A DNA stretch of 64,000 nucleotides from an uncultured Gammaproteobacteria bacterium (GTDB taxonomy: Bacteria; Patescibacteriota; Patescibacteriia; Patescibacteriales; GWC2-42-12): assembly GCA_964560005.1 (NCBI GenBank), contig CAZLKB010000002.1:381-64380 (forward strand), written 5' to 3'. Each line of letters opens with the position of its first letter. Position 1 is the first letter of the stretch. The position numbers and the translations under genes are program-made. Below the pieces are notes generated by a model that did not search any database, had not been told where the DNA came from, and saw nothing but the letters and a program-made list of their open reading frames with translations. Below are positions 8,277-17,467 of the stretch, in pieces.

Positions 8277-8357
8277 ATGAACAAAAAGAAGAAAGTGGCT
8301 TTTAAAAAGCACCGCAAAAAACAAGGCAGGAAGGTTTTCAGCCTAAGGCATAGATAA
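8277..8357 (+). CDS. possible 26-aa highly basic peptide (MNKKKKVAFKKHRKKQGRKVFSLRHR)
   Basis: hand-translated; ends 40 nt before a bidirectional terminator shared with rpmB. Confidence 0.2.
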   Translation: MNKKKKVAFKKHRKKQGRKVFSLRHR

Positions 8358-8391
8358 AGTTTTGTTTGACCAGTGGTAAGCTGGCAAAAAT

Positions 8392-8418
8392 AAAAAACCC
8401 CGCTCGAGGCGGGGTTTA
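8392..8418. terminator. bidirectional terminator hairpin
   Basis: aaaaa ccccgc tcgag gcgggg ttt between convergent ORFs. Confidence 0.6.
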
Positions 8419-8431
8419 TAAAGTTAGCAAT

Positions 8432-8608
8432 TTATTTTTTCTTTTTCGCCATGGTCTTAATGCACTTGGCGCAGACCGCTTGTTTTTTTCCGTTGACCCT
8501 TTTCACTTGAAGGTTTAAATATTGTCTTCTTAAAGTTTTAATATTAGAGTGTGATCTAGAGGCGTCTTTAGTTGAACCTCGTCCACAAACATCGCATTTT
8601 TTTGCCAT
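8432..8608 (-). CDS. rpmB: 50S ribosomal protein bL28
   Basis: hand-translated 58 aa, below the ORF-track cutoff: MAKKCDVCGRGSTKDASRSHSNIKTLRRQYLNLQVKRVNGKKQAVCAKCIKTMAKKKK. Confidence 0.85.
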   Translation of the reverse strand: MAKKCDVCGRGSTKDASRSHSNIKTLRRQYLNLQVKRVNGKKQAVCAKCIKTMAKKKK

Positions 8609-8686
8609 AAAGTATTTTGGTTATATTTTTTATATAATTCATACTAACAGCTTTTGATGTAAAAGGCAAGGCGTGGTAGAATATAA

Positions 8687-8796
8687 GTGCAAAATGTAAA
8701 TCTCAAAGTGCAAAATGACAATGTAAAATTAAAAATTTTTACTTTTAAAATTATTGCATTTTACACTTTAAATTGTCATTTTTCATTTTGATTTTT
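8687..8796. repeat. palindromic intergenic element, aaaatgtaaaat/gaaaatgacaat family (copy 1)
   Basis: left arm gtgcaaaatgtaaatctcaaagtgcaaaatgacaatgtaaaatt, right arm is its imperfect reverse complement. Confidence 0.85.
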
Positions 8797-8814
8797 TAAT
8801 TTTAAACTTTGATT

Positions 8815-9417
8815 ATGGACATACTATTTGCCTTAATAATTATATTATTTTCCGCCATTATCCACGAATATATGCACGGCTGGATGGCCGATAGATTGGG
8901 CGACCCGACGGCGCGCGACGCCGGCCGCCTAACCTTGAATCCGGTCGCCCATATTGACATTTGGGGCTCAATTTTAATGCCGGTTTTGATTTTTATCGGT
9001 ACCGGCGGCTCTCTGATTTTCGGTTACGCTAAACCAGTGCCGTTTAATCCATACAATTTAAGGGATCAAAAGTACGGTTCGGCCAAGGTAGCGGTCGCCG
9101 GCCCGCTGGCTAACTTAATCACCGCCCTGTTCTTCGGCTTATTTTTAAGATTCGTGCCGGGCTTAAGCTTGGTTTTAGTTTCGTTTTTAGCCGCCATTGT
9201 GCAGATAAATTTAGTTTTAATGATATTCAATCTCTTGCCCATACCGCCGTTAGACGGATCAAAAGTGATAATGCCGTTTTTGCCTTATAATCTGCAAATG
9301 AAATTATCGCAATTAGAGCCTTACGGTTTTATGTTGGTTCTATTTTTCGTCTTCTTCGGCTTTTCCCTAATCGTTCCGATTATCAATTTTTTATTTAGGC
9401 TGATAGTGGGAATTTAA
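8815..9417 (+). CDS. site-2 protease family (peptidase M50) membrane metalloprotease
   Basis: HEYMHG (HExxH) and NLLPIPPLDG motifs; the TTG at 8809 lies inside the repeat, so ATG 8815 is preferred. Confidence 0.8.
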   Translation: MDILFALIIILFSAIIHEYMHGWMADRLGDPTARDAGRLTLNPVAHIDIWGSILMPVLIFIGTGGSLIFGYAKPVPFNPYNLRDQKYGSAKVAVAGPLANLITALFFGLFLRFVPGLSLVLVSFLAAIVQINLVLMIFNLLPIPPLDGSKVIMPFLPYNLQMKLSQLEPYGFMLVLFFVFFGFSLIVPIINFLFRLIVGI

Positions 9418-9517
9418 AATTTTACATTTTTTTCATGCTATATTGTATTTATTGGTAATTGATTTTGATAGTAAAATATAATATTGAAATAATTTAATTA
9501 ATTTAATTTTTAAAACT

Positions 9518-9748
9518 ATGACAAAACAACCAGGTTTAAGCGAAGTCGGTCCAGTCGATAGATTAGCAGAGTCGCGGAAATCCGAATACTGGGATAAGCC
9601 TTTACCCGGAGTAGGCGGTTGGACAGTGGGGATGATGATAGAGAAGCTAGTTGATTTCGGACTATTCACAGACGGAGATACCCCAGAGAATTTATACAAT
9701 CGATTTCAAGAAGACGAGAAAAAAAGCAAAGAAGAAGGGGCAAACTAA
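9518..9748 (+). CDS. hypothetical protein (76 aa)
   Basis: ORF only, no recognisable motif. Confidence 0.3.
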   Translation: MTKQPGLSEVGPVDRLAESRKSEYWDKPLPGVGGWTVGMMIEKLVDFGLFTDGDTPENLYNRFQEDEKKSKEEGAN

Positions 9749-9777
9749 TAGATAAAAAAATTGAGCTTAAAGCGCTC

Positions 9778-9806
9778 TTGACCGTTTTTATTTCTTGTGT
9801 TAAATT
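9778..9806 (+). promoter_or_regulatory. candidate promoter upstream of rpsL (TTGACC-N17-TAAATT)
   Basis: ttgacc 9778-9783; tgt taaatt 9798-9806. Confidence 0.3.
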
Positions 9807-9845
9807 AAAATAAGTTATTAAGTGAGTTTATTACGCTTATAATAT

Positions 9846-9870
9846 CCCGCATATACGGGTTTGTTTTTTT
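9846..9870 (+). terminator. hairpin plus T-run in the rpsL leader
   Basis: cccg catata cggg tttgttttttt. Confidence 0.45.
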
Positions 9871-9927
9871 ACCGCACAAGTGAAATCACTTTTTATTAAA
9901 AATTATAAAGTTAAAAATTATTAAGAT

Positions 9928-10347
9928 ATGCCTACAATAAATCAGCTGGTCCGCAAAGGACGGCATTCCAGCAGAGATAAATCTAAATCTCCGGCCCTGC
10001 AATCAACTCTGGATACTTTGCATAGAAAAAGAACTGACCTGCCTAAAGGAGCGCCGTTTAAGCGCGGAGTTTGCGTTAAGGTAACTACCACTACGCCGAA
10101 GAAACCTAATTCAGCTTTAAGAAAAATCGCCCGCGTCAGATTATCCAACGGTATGGAAGTTACCGCCTATATTCCGGGCGAAGGCCATAACTTGCAAGAG
10201 CACTCCATCGTCTTAATTAAAGGCGGCAGAACCAAAGATCTTCCGGGCGTCAGATATAAAATAATCCGCGGCGTCTACGATACCCAGGGAGTGGAAGGCA
10301 GAAAGCAGAGCCGCTCCAGCTATGGCGCCAAGAGACCTAAAAAGTAA
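9928..10347 (+). CDS. rpsL: 30S ribosomal protein uS12
   Basis: [24 protein letters not shown] and [10 protein letters not shown] motifs. Confidence 0.97.
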   Translation: MPTINQLVRKGRHSSRDKSKSPALQSTLDTLHRKRTDLPKGAPFKRGVCVKVTTTTPKKPNSALRKIARVRLSNGMEVTAYIPGEGHNLQEHSIVLIKGGRTKDLPGVRYKIIRGVYDTQGVEGRKQSRSSYGAKRPKK

Positions 10348-10464
10348 ATCAAATTTTAAATTTGTAATTTTAAATTTTAAATAAATTATAAATTACCAAA
10401 TTTAAAATTAAAATATTTAAAATTGATTTAAAATTAAAAATTTATAATTTAAAATTACTGTATT

Positions 10465-10932
10465 ATGAGAGGAAAACCAGTCTCAAAAAGAAAAATACAA
10501 GCCGATTCAAAATTTAACGATTTGGATATCGCTAAGCTTATTAATTATGTAATGGAGCGGGGTAAAAAAACCGTGGCGCAAAATATCGTTTATGATTGTT
10601 TTGATGTGATTAAGGAAAATACCAAGCAGGATCCCAGGCATGTATTCAATAAAGCTTTGAAGCAAGTCAGTCCCTTATTAGAAATCCGCGGCCGGAGAGT
10701 CGGCGGCGCCAACTACCAGATACCTTTTCAGGTCAGAGGCGAAAGGAGATTTGCTTTGGGCTGCCATTGGATTATTGACGCGGCCAGAGGCCGAAAAGGA
10801 AAACCCATGGCGGAAAAGCTGGCGGCTGAAATTATGGACGCCTCTAGAGGCGAAGGCGCGGCGGTAAAAAAGCGCGCCGAAGTCCATCGCATGGCCGAAG
10901 CCAATAAAGCCTTCGCTCATTTTGCTCGCTAG
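10465..10932 (+). CDS. rpsG: 30S ribosomal protein uS7
   Basis: 155 aa; GKKTVAQNIVY, RRVGGANYQIP and EANKAFAHFR-like motifs. Confidence 0.97.
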   Translation: MRGKPVSKRKIQADSKFNDLDIAKLINYVMERGKKTVAQNIVYDCFDVIKENTKQDPRHVFNKALKQVSPLLEIRGRRVGGANYQIPFQVRGERRFALGCHWIIDAARGRKGKPMAEKLAAEIMDASRGEGAAVKKRAEVHRMAEANKAFAHFAR

Positions 10933-10943
10933 CGCTCGCTAAG

Positions 10944-11060
10944 TTGAAAATGTAAAAATCAAAATGGAAAATGACAGTTTAAAATGTAAAATTTCAATAT
11001 TATTAATTTTTAATTTTACATTGTCATTTTAAACTTTGAGATTTACATTTTACATTTTTT
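10944..11060. repeat. palindromic intergenic element, aaaatgtaaaat family (copy 2)
   Basis: gaaaatgtaaaaatcaaaatggaaaatgacagt is near-identical to copies at 13144, 18082 and 33131. Confidence 0.9.
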
Positions 11061-11063
11061 ATT

Positions 11064-13145
11064 ATGCCCAGAGAGTATAGCTTAGAAAAAACCAGAAATA
11101 TCGGCGTGATCGCCCATATTGACGCCGGAAAAACCACTGTCAGCGAGCGGATTCTTTTTTATACCGGCAAAAAGCATAAGATCGGCGAAGTGCACGAAGG
11201 TTCAACCGATTTGGACTGGATGGAGCAGGAGCGGGAGCGCGGCATAACCATTACTTCCGCGGCCACCACTTGCTTTTGGAAAGATTGCCGCATTAATTTA
11301 ATTGATACTCCGGGGCATGTGGATTTTACCGCCGAAGTTGAAAGGTCTTTGCGCGTCCTGGACGGCGGGGTGGTAGTCTTTGACGGCGTGGCCGGAGTGG
11401 AACCGCAATCCGAAACAGTCTGGCACCAAGCGGATAAATATAAAGTTCCCCGCTTAGCTTTTATAAATAAAATGGACCGCACCGGAGCCGATTTCTATAA
11501 GGATTTGGCGGCTATCCATAAGAGATTGACTAAGCATGCCTATCCGGTTCAGCTGCCGATCGGCGCCGAAGACCAATTTAAAGGCATGATAGATTTATTT
11601 GAAAGAAAGGCCAGATTTTTTCTGGACGAATTAGGCACTAAGTGGGAAGACAAGGAAGTGCCGGCCGATATGAAAGAAAAGGTGGAAGAGCATCGAGCCA
11701 AGCTGGTTGAGGCTATCGCGGAAAACGACGACGCTTTAATGAATAAGTATTTAGCCGGCGAAAATATTCCAACCGAAGATTTAAAAAAAGTTCTGCGCCG
11801 AGCCGTTATCGCGAATAAAATCGTGCCGGTATTCTGCGGAAGCGCCTTAAAGAATAAAGGCGTGCAGAGCGTTTTGGACGGAGTGGTGGATTATCTGCCT
11901 TCGCCTTTGGATGTACCGGCGATTACCGGTTTTGATCCCGATGATAAGGAAAAGATTATCGCGGTTAAGCCGTCTGACGCGGAGCCATTCGCCTCTCTAG
12001 CTTTTAAAATCGCCACCGACCCCTATGTGGGAAAGCTTTGTTTTATCAGAGTTTATAGCGGAATTTTAAAATCCGGTTCTTATGTTTTAAATACTTCCAC
12101 CGGCAAGCGGGAAAGAATCGGCCGAATCGTCCGAATGCATGCCAATCATCGTGAAGAGCTTCAAGAAGTTTACGCCGGCGAAATCGCGGCCGTAATCGGC
12201 TTAAAAGGCACCACTACGGGCAATACTTTGTGCGATGAGAATCGGCCGGTCATTCTGGAATCAATCACTTTTCCCGAACCGGTTATTCATATCGCCATTG
12301 AACCGAAAACCAAGGCCGATCAGGAAAAAATGGGCATGGCTTTGTCAAAGCTAGCTGAAGAAGATCCGACTTTTAGAGTCCGAAGCGACGAAGAAACCAT
12401 GCAAACGGTTATCGGCGGCATGGGCGAACTTCATTTGGATATTATCGTTGATCGGATGAGGCGCGAATTCAAGGTTGAAGCCAATGTGGGCAAACCGCAG
12501 GTAGCTTATCGCGAAACCATTAAAAAATCAGCCGAAGCCGAAGGCAAATATATAAAACAATCCGGCGGACACGGACAATACGGGCATTGCTGGGTCAGAG
12601 TTGAGCCCAACGAACCGGGCAAGGGATTTGAATTTATTGATGAAGTTAAGGGCGGTTCCATTCCTCGCGAGTTTATTCCGGCGGTTGAAAAAGGCATTAA
12701 AGAGTCCTTGGATAGAGGTATTTTAGCCGGCTACCCGATCGTGGATGTTAAAGCCGCGGTTTTTGAAGGTTCTTACCATGAAGTTGATTCGTCCGAAGCG
12801 GCTTTTAAGATCGCCGGCTCTTTAGCTTTCCGAGACGCCTGCAAACATGCCTCGCCGGTAATTTTAGAACCGATTATGAAAGTTGAAGCCGTTACCCCGG
12901 AAGATTTTATGGGAGAAGTTATCGGCGACTTAAATTCAAAAAGAGCGCAGATTGAAGAAATGGGCGACCGAGCTCTGGTTAAATTCATTAAAGCTAAAGT
13001 TCCGCTATCGGAGATGTTCGGTTATGCCACTCAGCTTAGGTCAATGACCCAGGGCCGAGCCAGTTACACCATGGAATTCGCCTATTACGCCGAGGTGCCG
13101 AGAAATGTAGCCGAAGAGATAATCGGGGAGAAAGCGAAAAAGTGA
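11064..13145 (+). CDS. fusA: elongation factor G
   Basis: 693 aa; [17 protein letters not shown] and NKMD GTPase motifs plus EF-G domains. Confidence 0.97.
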   Translation: MPREYSLEKTRNIGVIAHIDAGKTTVSERILFYTGKKHKIGEVHEGSTDLDWMEQERERGITITSAATTCFWKDCRINLIDTPGHVDFTAEVERSLRVLDGGVVVFDGVAGVEPQSETVWHQADKYKVPRLAFINKMDRTGADFYKDLAAIHKRLTKHAYPVQLPIGAEDQFKGMIDLFERKARFFLDELGTKWEDKEVPADMKEKVEEHRAKLVEAIAENDDALMNKYLAGENIPTEDLKKVLRRAVIANKIVPVFCGSALKNKGVQSVLDGVVDYLPSPLDVPAITGFDPDDKEKIIAVKPSDAEPFASLAFKIATDPYVGKLCFIRVYSGILKSGSYVLNTSTGKRERIGRIVRMHANHREELQEVYAGEIAAVIGLKGTTTGNTLCDENRPVILESITFPEPVIHIAIEPKTKADQEKMGMALSKLAEEDPTFRVRSDEETMQTVIGGMGELHLDIIVDRMRREFKVEANVGKPQVAYRETIKKSAEAEGKYIKQSGGHGQYGHCWVRVEPNEPGKGFEFIDEVKGGSIPREFIPAVEKGIKESLDRGILAGYPIVDVKAAVFEGSYHEVDSSEAAFKIAGSLAFRDACKHASPVILEPIMKVEAVTPEDFMGEVIGDLNSKRAQIEEMGDRALVKFIKAKVPLSEMFGYATQLRSMTQGRASYTMEFAYYAEVPRNVAEEIIGEKAKK

Positions 13146-13268
13146 AAAATGTAAAAATCAAAATGAAAAATGACAATGTAAAATGCAAAATTTAATAATT
13201 ATTTAATTTAATCATTTTACATTTTAAATTGTCATTTTCAACTTTGAGATTTAAATTTTACATTTTGA
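13144..13268. repeat. palindromic intergenic element, aaaatgtaaaat family (copy 3)
   Basis: gaaaaatgtaaaaatcaaaatgaaaaatgacaatgtaaaatgcaaaatt plus complementary right arm. Confidence 0.9.
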
Positions 13269-13271
13269 TGT

Positions 13272-13301
13272 TTGACATCTGATTATGTTAGAATATATAA
13301 T
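13272..13301 (+). promoter_or_regulatory. candidate promoter (TTGACA-N18-TATAAT)
   Basis: ttgaca 13272-13277, tataat 13296-13301. Confidence 0.35.
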
Positions 13302-13334
13302 ATAGGTATTCTTATTTAATCTAAAAGAAAGCCT

Positions 13335-13739
13335 ATGCAGGATCAATTACAAAAAGCGATTAATTTGGCCAAAAAAACCGGCGATAAATTAATTATTTTT
13401 GACAGCGCGAAACCCGATAATGTTTATGTGGTTTTGTCTCTAAAAGATTATGAAAATTTGGTTTTAGGTAAGAGCGAGGTCAGGGGCTTGACAGAAGATG
13501 AGTTACTTGATAAAATAAATCGCGATATTGCAATTTGGAAGAGCGAACAGACTATGGAGGAAAATGTTGATTCCGGCCTGGATCACTTTTCCGGATTATC
13601 CGCCGGTGCAGAGCCGGAACCGGCTCACGAAAAAATCATTAAAAAAGCCAAGAGCTGGTCCATTCCTTTAAGAAGAAAAAAGAATGCCGAAGAAATAATA
13701 GAAGAAGACCGGCAATATTTGGAAGATCTGGCATTTTAG
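13335..13739 (+). CDS. hypothetical protein inserted between fusA and tuf (N-terminus weakly Phd/YefM-antitoxin-like)
   Basis: 134 aa; the KLIIFDSAKPDNVYVVLSLKDYENLV pattern resembles antitoxin N-domains; acidic C-terminus. Confidence 0.45.
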   Translation: MQDQLQKAINLAKKTGDKLIIFDSAKPDNVYVVLSLKDYENLVLGKSEVRGLTEDELLDKINRDIAIWKSEQTMEENVDSGLDHFSGLSAGAEPEPAHEKIIKKAKSWSIPLRRKKNAEEIIEEDRQYLEDLAF

Positions 13740-13834
13740 TCTACAAATCAACAAATCGGCTACGAATATTACAAATAAATGTAATAATAGATTGTGAATT
13801 TCGTTAAGGATATGTACTTTTAAACAATTGGCCG

Positions 13835-13911
13835 CTCGGGGTAGCTCAGTCTGGTAGAGCGTCGCTCTTTCAGGGCGAATGTCGAAGGTTCGAATCCTTC
13901 CCCCGGCTCCA
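13835..13911 (+). tRNA. tRNA with anticodon UUC (Glu) and aberrant acceptor stem, encoded CCA
   Basis: D-arm GCTC AGTCTGGTA GAGC, anticodon stem TCGCT/GGCGA, loop CTTTCAG, T-arm GAAGG TTCGAAT CCTTC, 3' CCCCGGC T CCA; the 5' strand reads CTCGGGG, giving C1.C72 and U2.G71. Confidence 0.65.
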
Positions 13912-14027
13912 ATCGTGATGGATAAATTATTCATCGCGCCTTCAACAAAATTCATAATTAAATTAATAATTATAGACGGCTGGGCGCCTATCAAATAATA
14001 AACATCAGGCAAAAACCTCAAAATTTT

Positions 14028-14055
14028 CTGGATTCCCGCTTTCGCGGGAATGACA
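14028..14055. repeat. GC-rich hairpin repeat (ctggattcccgc-loop-gcgggaatgaca family)
   Basis: ctggattcccgctttcgcgggaatgaca; related copies at 28669, 55497, 55612, 56777, 59702 and 59754. Confidence 0.85.
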
Positions 14056-14085
14056 AGGGATGTTGGGGGCCGTAGAACAATAAAT

Positions 14086-15273
14086 ATGGCAGAAAAATTT
14101 GAACGCACAAAACCCCATGTAAATGTGGGGACCATCGGCCATGTGGATCATGGCAAAACCACCTTGACCGCGGCAATGCTAAAGGTATTGCACAGCAAGG
14201 GTTTTAAAGCTACCGAAAGAAGCGTAGATCAGATTGATTCGGCTCCTGAAGAAAAGGCTCGCGGCATCACGATTGCCACCTGCCATGTTGAATATGAAAC
14301 CGAAAAAAGGCACTATGCTCATGTTGATTGTCCGGGACACGCCGATTATGTAAAGAACATGATCACCGGCGCCGCCCAAATGGACGGAGCTATTTTAGTG
14401 GTCTCCGCCTCGGACGGCCCCATGCCTCAAACCAGAGAACATATATTACTCGCCAGACAGGTCGGCGTACCTTATATTATTGTATTTTTGAATAAATGCG
14501 ATATGGTTGAAGACAAGGAATTAATTGACTTGGTTGAGGAAGAAATCCGCGATTTATTGAAGAAATACGAATTCCCCGGCGATACCACCCCGATTATCAG
14601 GGGTTCGGCTTTAAAAGCTTTAGAGAATCCCGAAGGTGAATACGGCAAAGCGATTTTAGACTTGGCCAAAGCTTTGGATGATTATATTCCCGAGCCGAAG
14701 CGCGAAACCGATAAGCCATTCTTAATGCCGGTTGAAGATATCTTTTCCATTGAAGGCCGCGGCACCGTGGTTACCGGCAGAATTGAAAGAGGCATGATAA
14801 AGACAAATGAAGAAGTGGAAATAGTCGGCTTACGCGAAACGCAAAAGACCGTTATTACCGGCATAGAAATGTTTAATAAGTCGTTAGACAGCGGCATGGC
14901 CGGAGATAACGCCGGACTCTTGCTTCGCGGCACTAAGAAAGATGAAGTTGAAAGAGGCCAGGTTTTAGCCAAGCCAGGATCAGTTCATCCTCATACCGAA
15001 TATGAAGGCGAAGTATTTATTTTGACTAAAGAAGAAGGCGGCAGGCACAAGCCATTTTTCAAAGGCTATAAGCCGCAATTTTATATCCGCACCACTGATG
15101 TTACCGGCGAAGTTGAATTGCCTGAAGGCACGGAAATGGTTATGCCCGGCGACACGGTTAATTTAAAAATTAAATTAATCGCTCCGGTTGCTTTGGAAGA
15201 AAAAATGAGATTCGCCATCCGCGAAGGCGGCAAGACCGTGGGCGCGGGAGTAGTTACTAAGATTATTAAGTAG
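14086..15273 (+). CDS. tuf: elongation factor Tu
   Basis: [34 protein letters not shown] and NKCD; ATG 14086 preferred because the track start at 14050 lies in the hairpin repeat. Confidence 0.97.
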   Translation: MAEKFERTKPHVNVGTIGHVDHGKTTLTAAMLKVLHSKGFKATERSVDQIDSAPEEKARGITIATCHVEYETEKRHYAHVDCPGHADYVKNMITGAAQMDGAILVVSASDGPMPQTREHILLARQVGVPYIIVFLNKCDMVEDKELIDLVEEEIRDLLKKYEFPGDTTPIIRGSALKALENPEGEYGKAILDLAKALDDYIPEPKRETDKPFLMPVEDIFSIEGRGTVVTGRIERGMIKTNEEVEIVGLRETQKTVITGIEMFNKSLDSGMAGDNAGLLLRGTKKDEVERGQVLAKPGSVHPHTEYEGEVFILTKEEGGRHKPFFKGYKPQFYIRTTDVTGEVELPEGTEMVMPGDTVNLKIKLIAPVALEEKMRFAIREGGKTVGAGVVTKIIK

Positions 15274-15356
15274 ACATTTTATCCAGCTCCAGCTTTTTAA
15301 ACTGGGGCTGGATTATAATGCATATTTAAAGAAACAAAATTATGAGAGGACAAAAC

Positions 15357-15569
15357 ATGGAGAATCCATCTAAAAAAGAAACTGATATCGAAAGAAACGA
15401 AAGATTAAAAAAAATGGCAGCTAAAGCCGCTGAAGAAATTACGATGGATCCAAATAGGCCGATTGAGCAACAATTTGTAGCTTTTACTTACTTAAGAAAT
15501 ATGGAAATTGAAAGAAAGTTGGATGAAATGATAAAAAGATTAGAAAAAAGGGATAAACCCACATCCTAA
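15357..15569 (+). CDS. hypothetical charged protein (70 aa) between tuf and rpsJ
   Basis: ORF with GAGGA 6 nt upstream of ATG 15357. Confidence 0.4.
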   Translation: MENPSKKETDIERNERLKKMAAKAAEEITMDPNRPIEQQFVAFTYLRNMEIERKLDEMIKRLEKRDKPTS

Positions 15570-15700
15570 TCTCTCCACTTTATCAATACTTAGCCAGATT
15601 ATGTAGATATTTTCAGGCCAGAATATAGCATTATAAATAAAGGCAGAGTGTATTTAGAATAATTATTTGTAGTTTTAAATTTTAAAATAATTTAAGCAAC

Positions 15701-16078
15701 ATGACCGAAGCTAAAGAAAAAAAGTCTGTCAAAGATGACATGCCAAAATCCGAGACAAAAGCCAATGAAGATTCTAAACAAAGGATCAGAATTAAAATTA
15801 AGGCCTTTGACCACAAAATTATTGACCAGTCAACCAAGACGATAATTGATACGGCCGAACGAACCGGCGCCCAGATTTTCGGGCCGATTCCCTTGCCGAC
15901 CGAAAAGAAAAAGTATACGGTGAACAGTTCCACTTTTGTGCATAAGGATTCTAGAGACCAGTACGAGATCAGAATTCATAAAAGATTGGTGGATATTATT
16001 GAACCCACGGCTAAAACCATAGAATCGCTGACTAATCTAGGCTTACCGGCCGGGGTGGATATAGAGATAAAGATGTAA
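15701..16078 (+). CDS. rpsJ: 30S ribosomal protein uS10 (N-terminal extension)
   Basis: [24 protein letters not shown] and HKRLVDI motifs. Confidence 0.95.
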   Translation: MTEAKEKKSVKDDMPKSETKANEDSKQRIRIKIKAFDHKIIDQSTKTIIDTAERTGAQIFGPIPLPTEKKKYTVNSSTFVHKDSRDQYEIRIHKRLVDIIEPTAKTIESLTNLGLPAGVDIEIKM

Positions 16079-16178
16079 AAAGATTTAAGCCCTCCTTCTA
16101 AAGGAGGGGTAGGGGAGGTTAAAATGAAATTAATTTAACCCCCTTAATCCCCCTTTGCAAGGGGGACAAATATACGGG

Positions 16179-16207
16179 TTGACACAAATCACTTTATAAG
16201 TTAGAAT
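16179..16207 (+). promoter_or_regulatory. candidate promoter inside the rpsJ-rplC gap (TTGACA-N17-TAGAAT)
   Basis: ttgaca 16179-16184, tagaat 16202-16207. Confidence 0.4.
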
Positions 16208-16394
16208 GTATTTTATATAATATTAATGATTGTTTAGGTAACTCCCTTAGGGAAAGTACTTAAATAAGATTTGATATAAAAACGAGGTAAAAATCAATAA
16301 ACAGCTAAAAACTAATTAATCGCGAATTTTAGAAGCTAATTTACGCGAATAAAACTAATGAGTAGGCGAAAGCTTTCGCTGAAAATAGTTAGGG

Positions 16395-16420
16395 CTGGTT
16401 TGTTGAAGACCAGTTTTTTT
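16395..16420 (+). terminator. weak hairpin plus T7 run
   Basis: ctggt ttgttgaag accag ttttttt. Confidence 0.35.
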
Positions 16421-16547
16421 AATCTACGAATTACAAATTTGCTACAAATTTACAAATAAATATAACGCAAAGCCGGGAATATAAAAAGTAATATTTGTAA
16501 ATTTGTATAGGATTAGTAATTTGTAGGAGACGAATGAATCAAATTGT
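16420..16547. repeat. palindromic intergenic element, tacaaat/tacgaat family
   Basis: tctacgaattacaaatttgctacaaatttacaaata versus tatttgtaaatttgtataggattagtaatttgtagga. Confidence 0.8.
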
Positions 16548-17417
16548 ATGAAATTCATTATAGGAAAAAAAATTGAAATGACCCAGGTTTGGCAAGGCGA
16601 GAAAATAATTGCCGTGACCAAGGTTCTGGCCGGACCCTGCCCGGTGGTTCAGTTGAAAAACCAAGAGCCGGACGGCTATAGCGCGGTTCAGCTAGGCTTC
16701 GGCTTAAGGAAAGAGAAGAATATTAAAAAGCCGCAAATCGGCCATTTAAAAAAAGCCGGCTTGACCGCTATAGATGGAAATAAAAATTTAAGATATTTAA
16801 GAGAATTCAGAGTTATTCCGCTTCGCGGAAGCCGCGCTACAAATGCGGCACATGCGAATAAAATACCAGAAGGAATAAAAGATTTAAAAGTAGGCAATGT
16901 TATTGATGTAAGCACTTTCCAGGCGGGAGACACCGTGAAGGTGACCGGTACATCAAAGGGCAAGGGCTTTCAGGGCGGAGTTAAAAGACATCATTTTCAC
17001 GGCCATAATACCACTCACGGCACTAAAGATCAGGTTAGAACCTCGGGAGCGATCGGCGCCGGCGGACCCCAGCATGTTTTTAAAGGCAAGAGAATGCCCG
17101 GACGGATGGGCGACGCACGGATAACGACCAGTAATTTAATGATTGTGCAAGTTGATCAAGCTAACAATATTTTATATATTAGCGGTTCGGTTCCTGGAGC
17201 CAGAAACGGTTTAGTTATGATCTACGGAGACGGGGAGCTGAAAGTCGTTCAGCCGAATGTAGAAAAGGCGGAAGTGAAAGAAGCCAAGCCTGCGGTTGAG
17301 GTCGTTGCCGAAAAACCAGTTGAGGCGGTTAAAGCTGCAGAACCGGTTAAAGAAGAAAAGTCCGCCCAAGGCGAATCCGCCTCTGGCGGAAAAGAAGCAA
17401 ATAAAACAAGCAAGTAA
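16548..17417 (+). CDS. rplC: 50S ribosomal protein uL3 (internal insertion and Lys/Glu/Ala-rich C-terminal extension)
   Basis: 289 aa; GKKIEMTQVW, GTSKGKGFQGGVKRH and MPGRMG motifs. Confidence 0.95.
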   Translation: MKFIIGKKIEMTQVWQGEKIIAVTKVLAGPCPVVQLKNQEPDGYSAVQLGFGLRKEKNIKKPQIGHLKKAGLTAIDGNKNLRYLREFRVIPLRGSRATNAAHANKIPEGIKDLKVGNVIDVSTFQAGDTVKVTGTSKGKGFQGGVKRHHFHGHNTTHGTKDQVRTSGAIGAGGPQHVFKGKRMPGRMGDARITTSNLMIVQVDQANNILYISGSVPGARNGLVMIYGDGELKVVQPNVEKAEVKEAKPAVEVVAEKPVEAVKAAEPVKEEKSAQGESASGGKEANKTSK

Positions 17418-17467
17418 ATTAAAATACAAAACAACAAACAACAGAAACAAGAAAACGGAGGTTTGAA

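Noticed and set aside
13668-14135. 155-aa minus-strand ORF spanning the tRNA and the tuf start, containing VIPAKAGIQ.
   Set aside because: It reads through a tRNA gene and a hairpin repeat. It is a classic repeat-derived false ORF.
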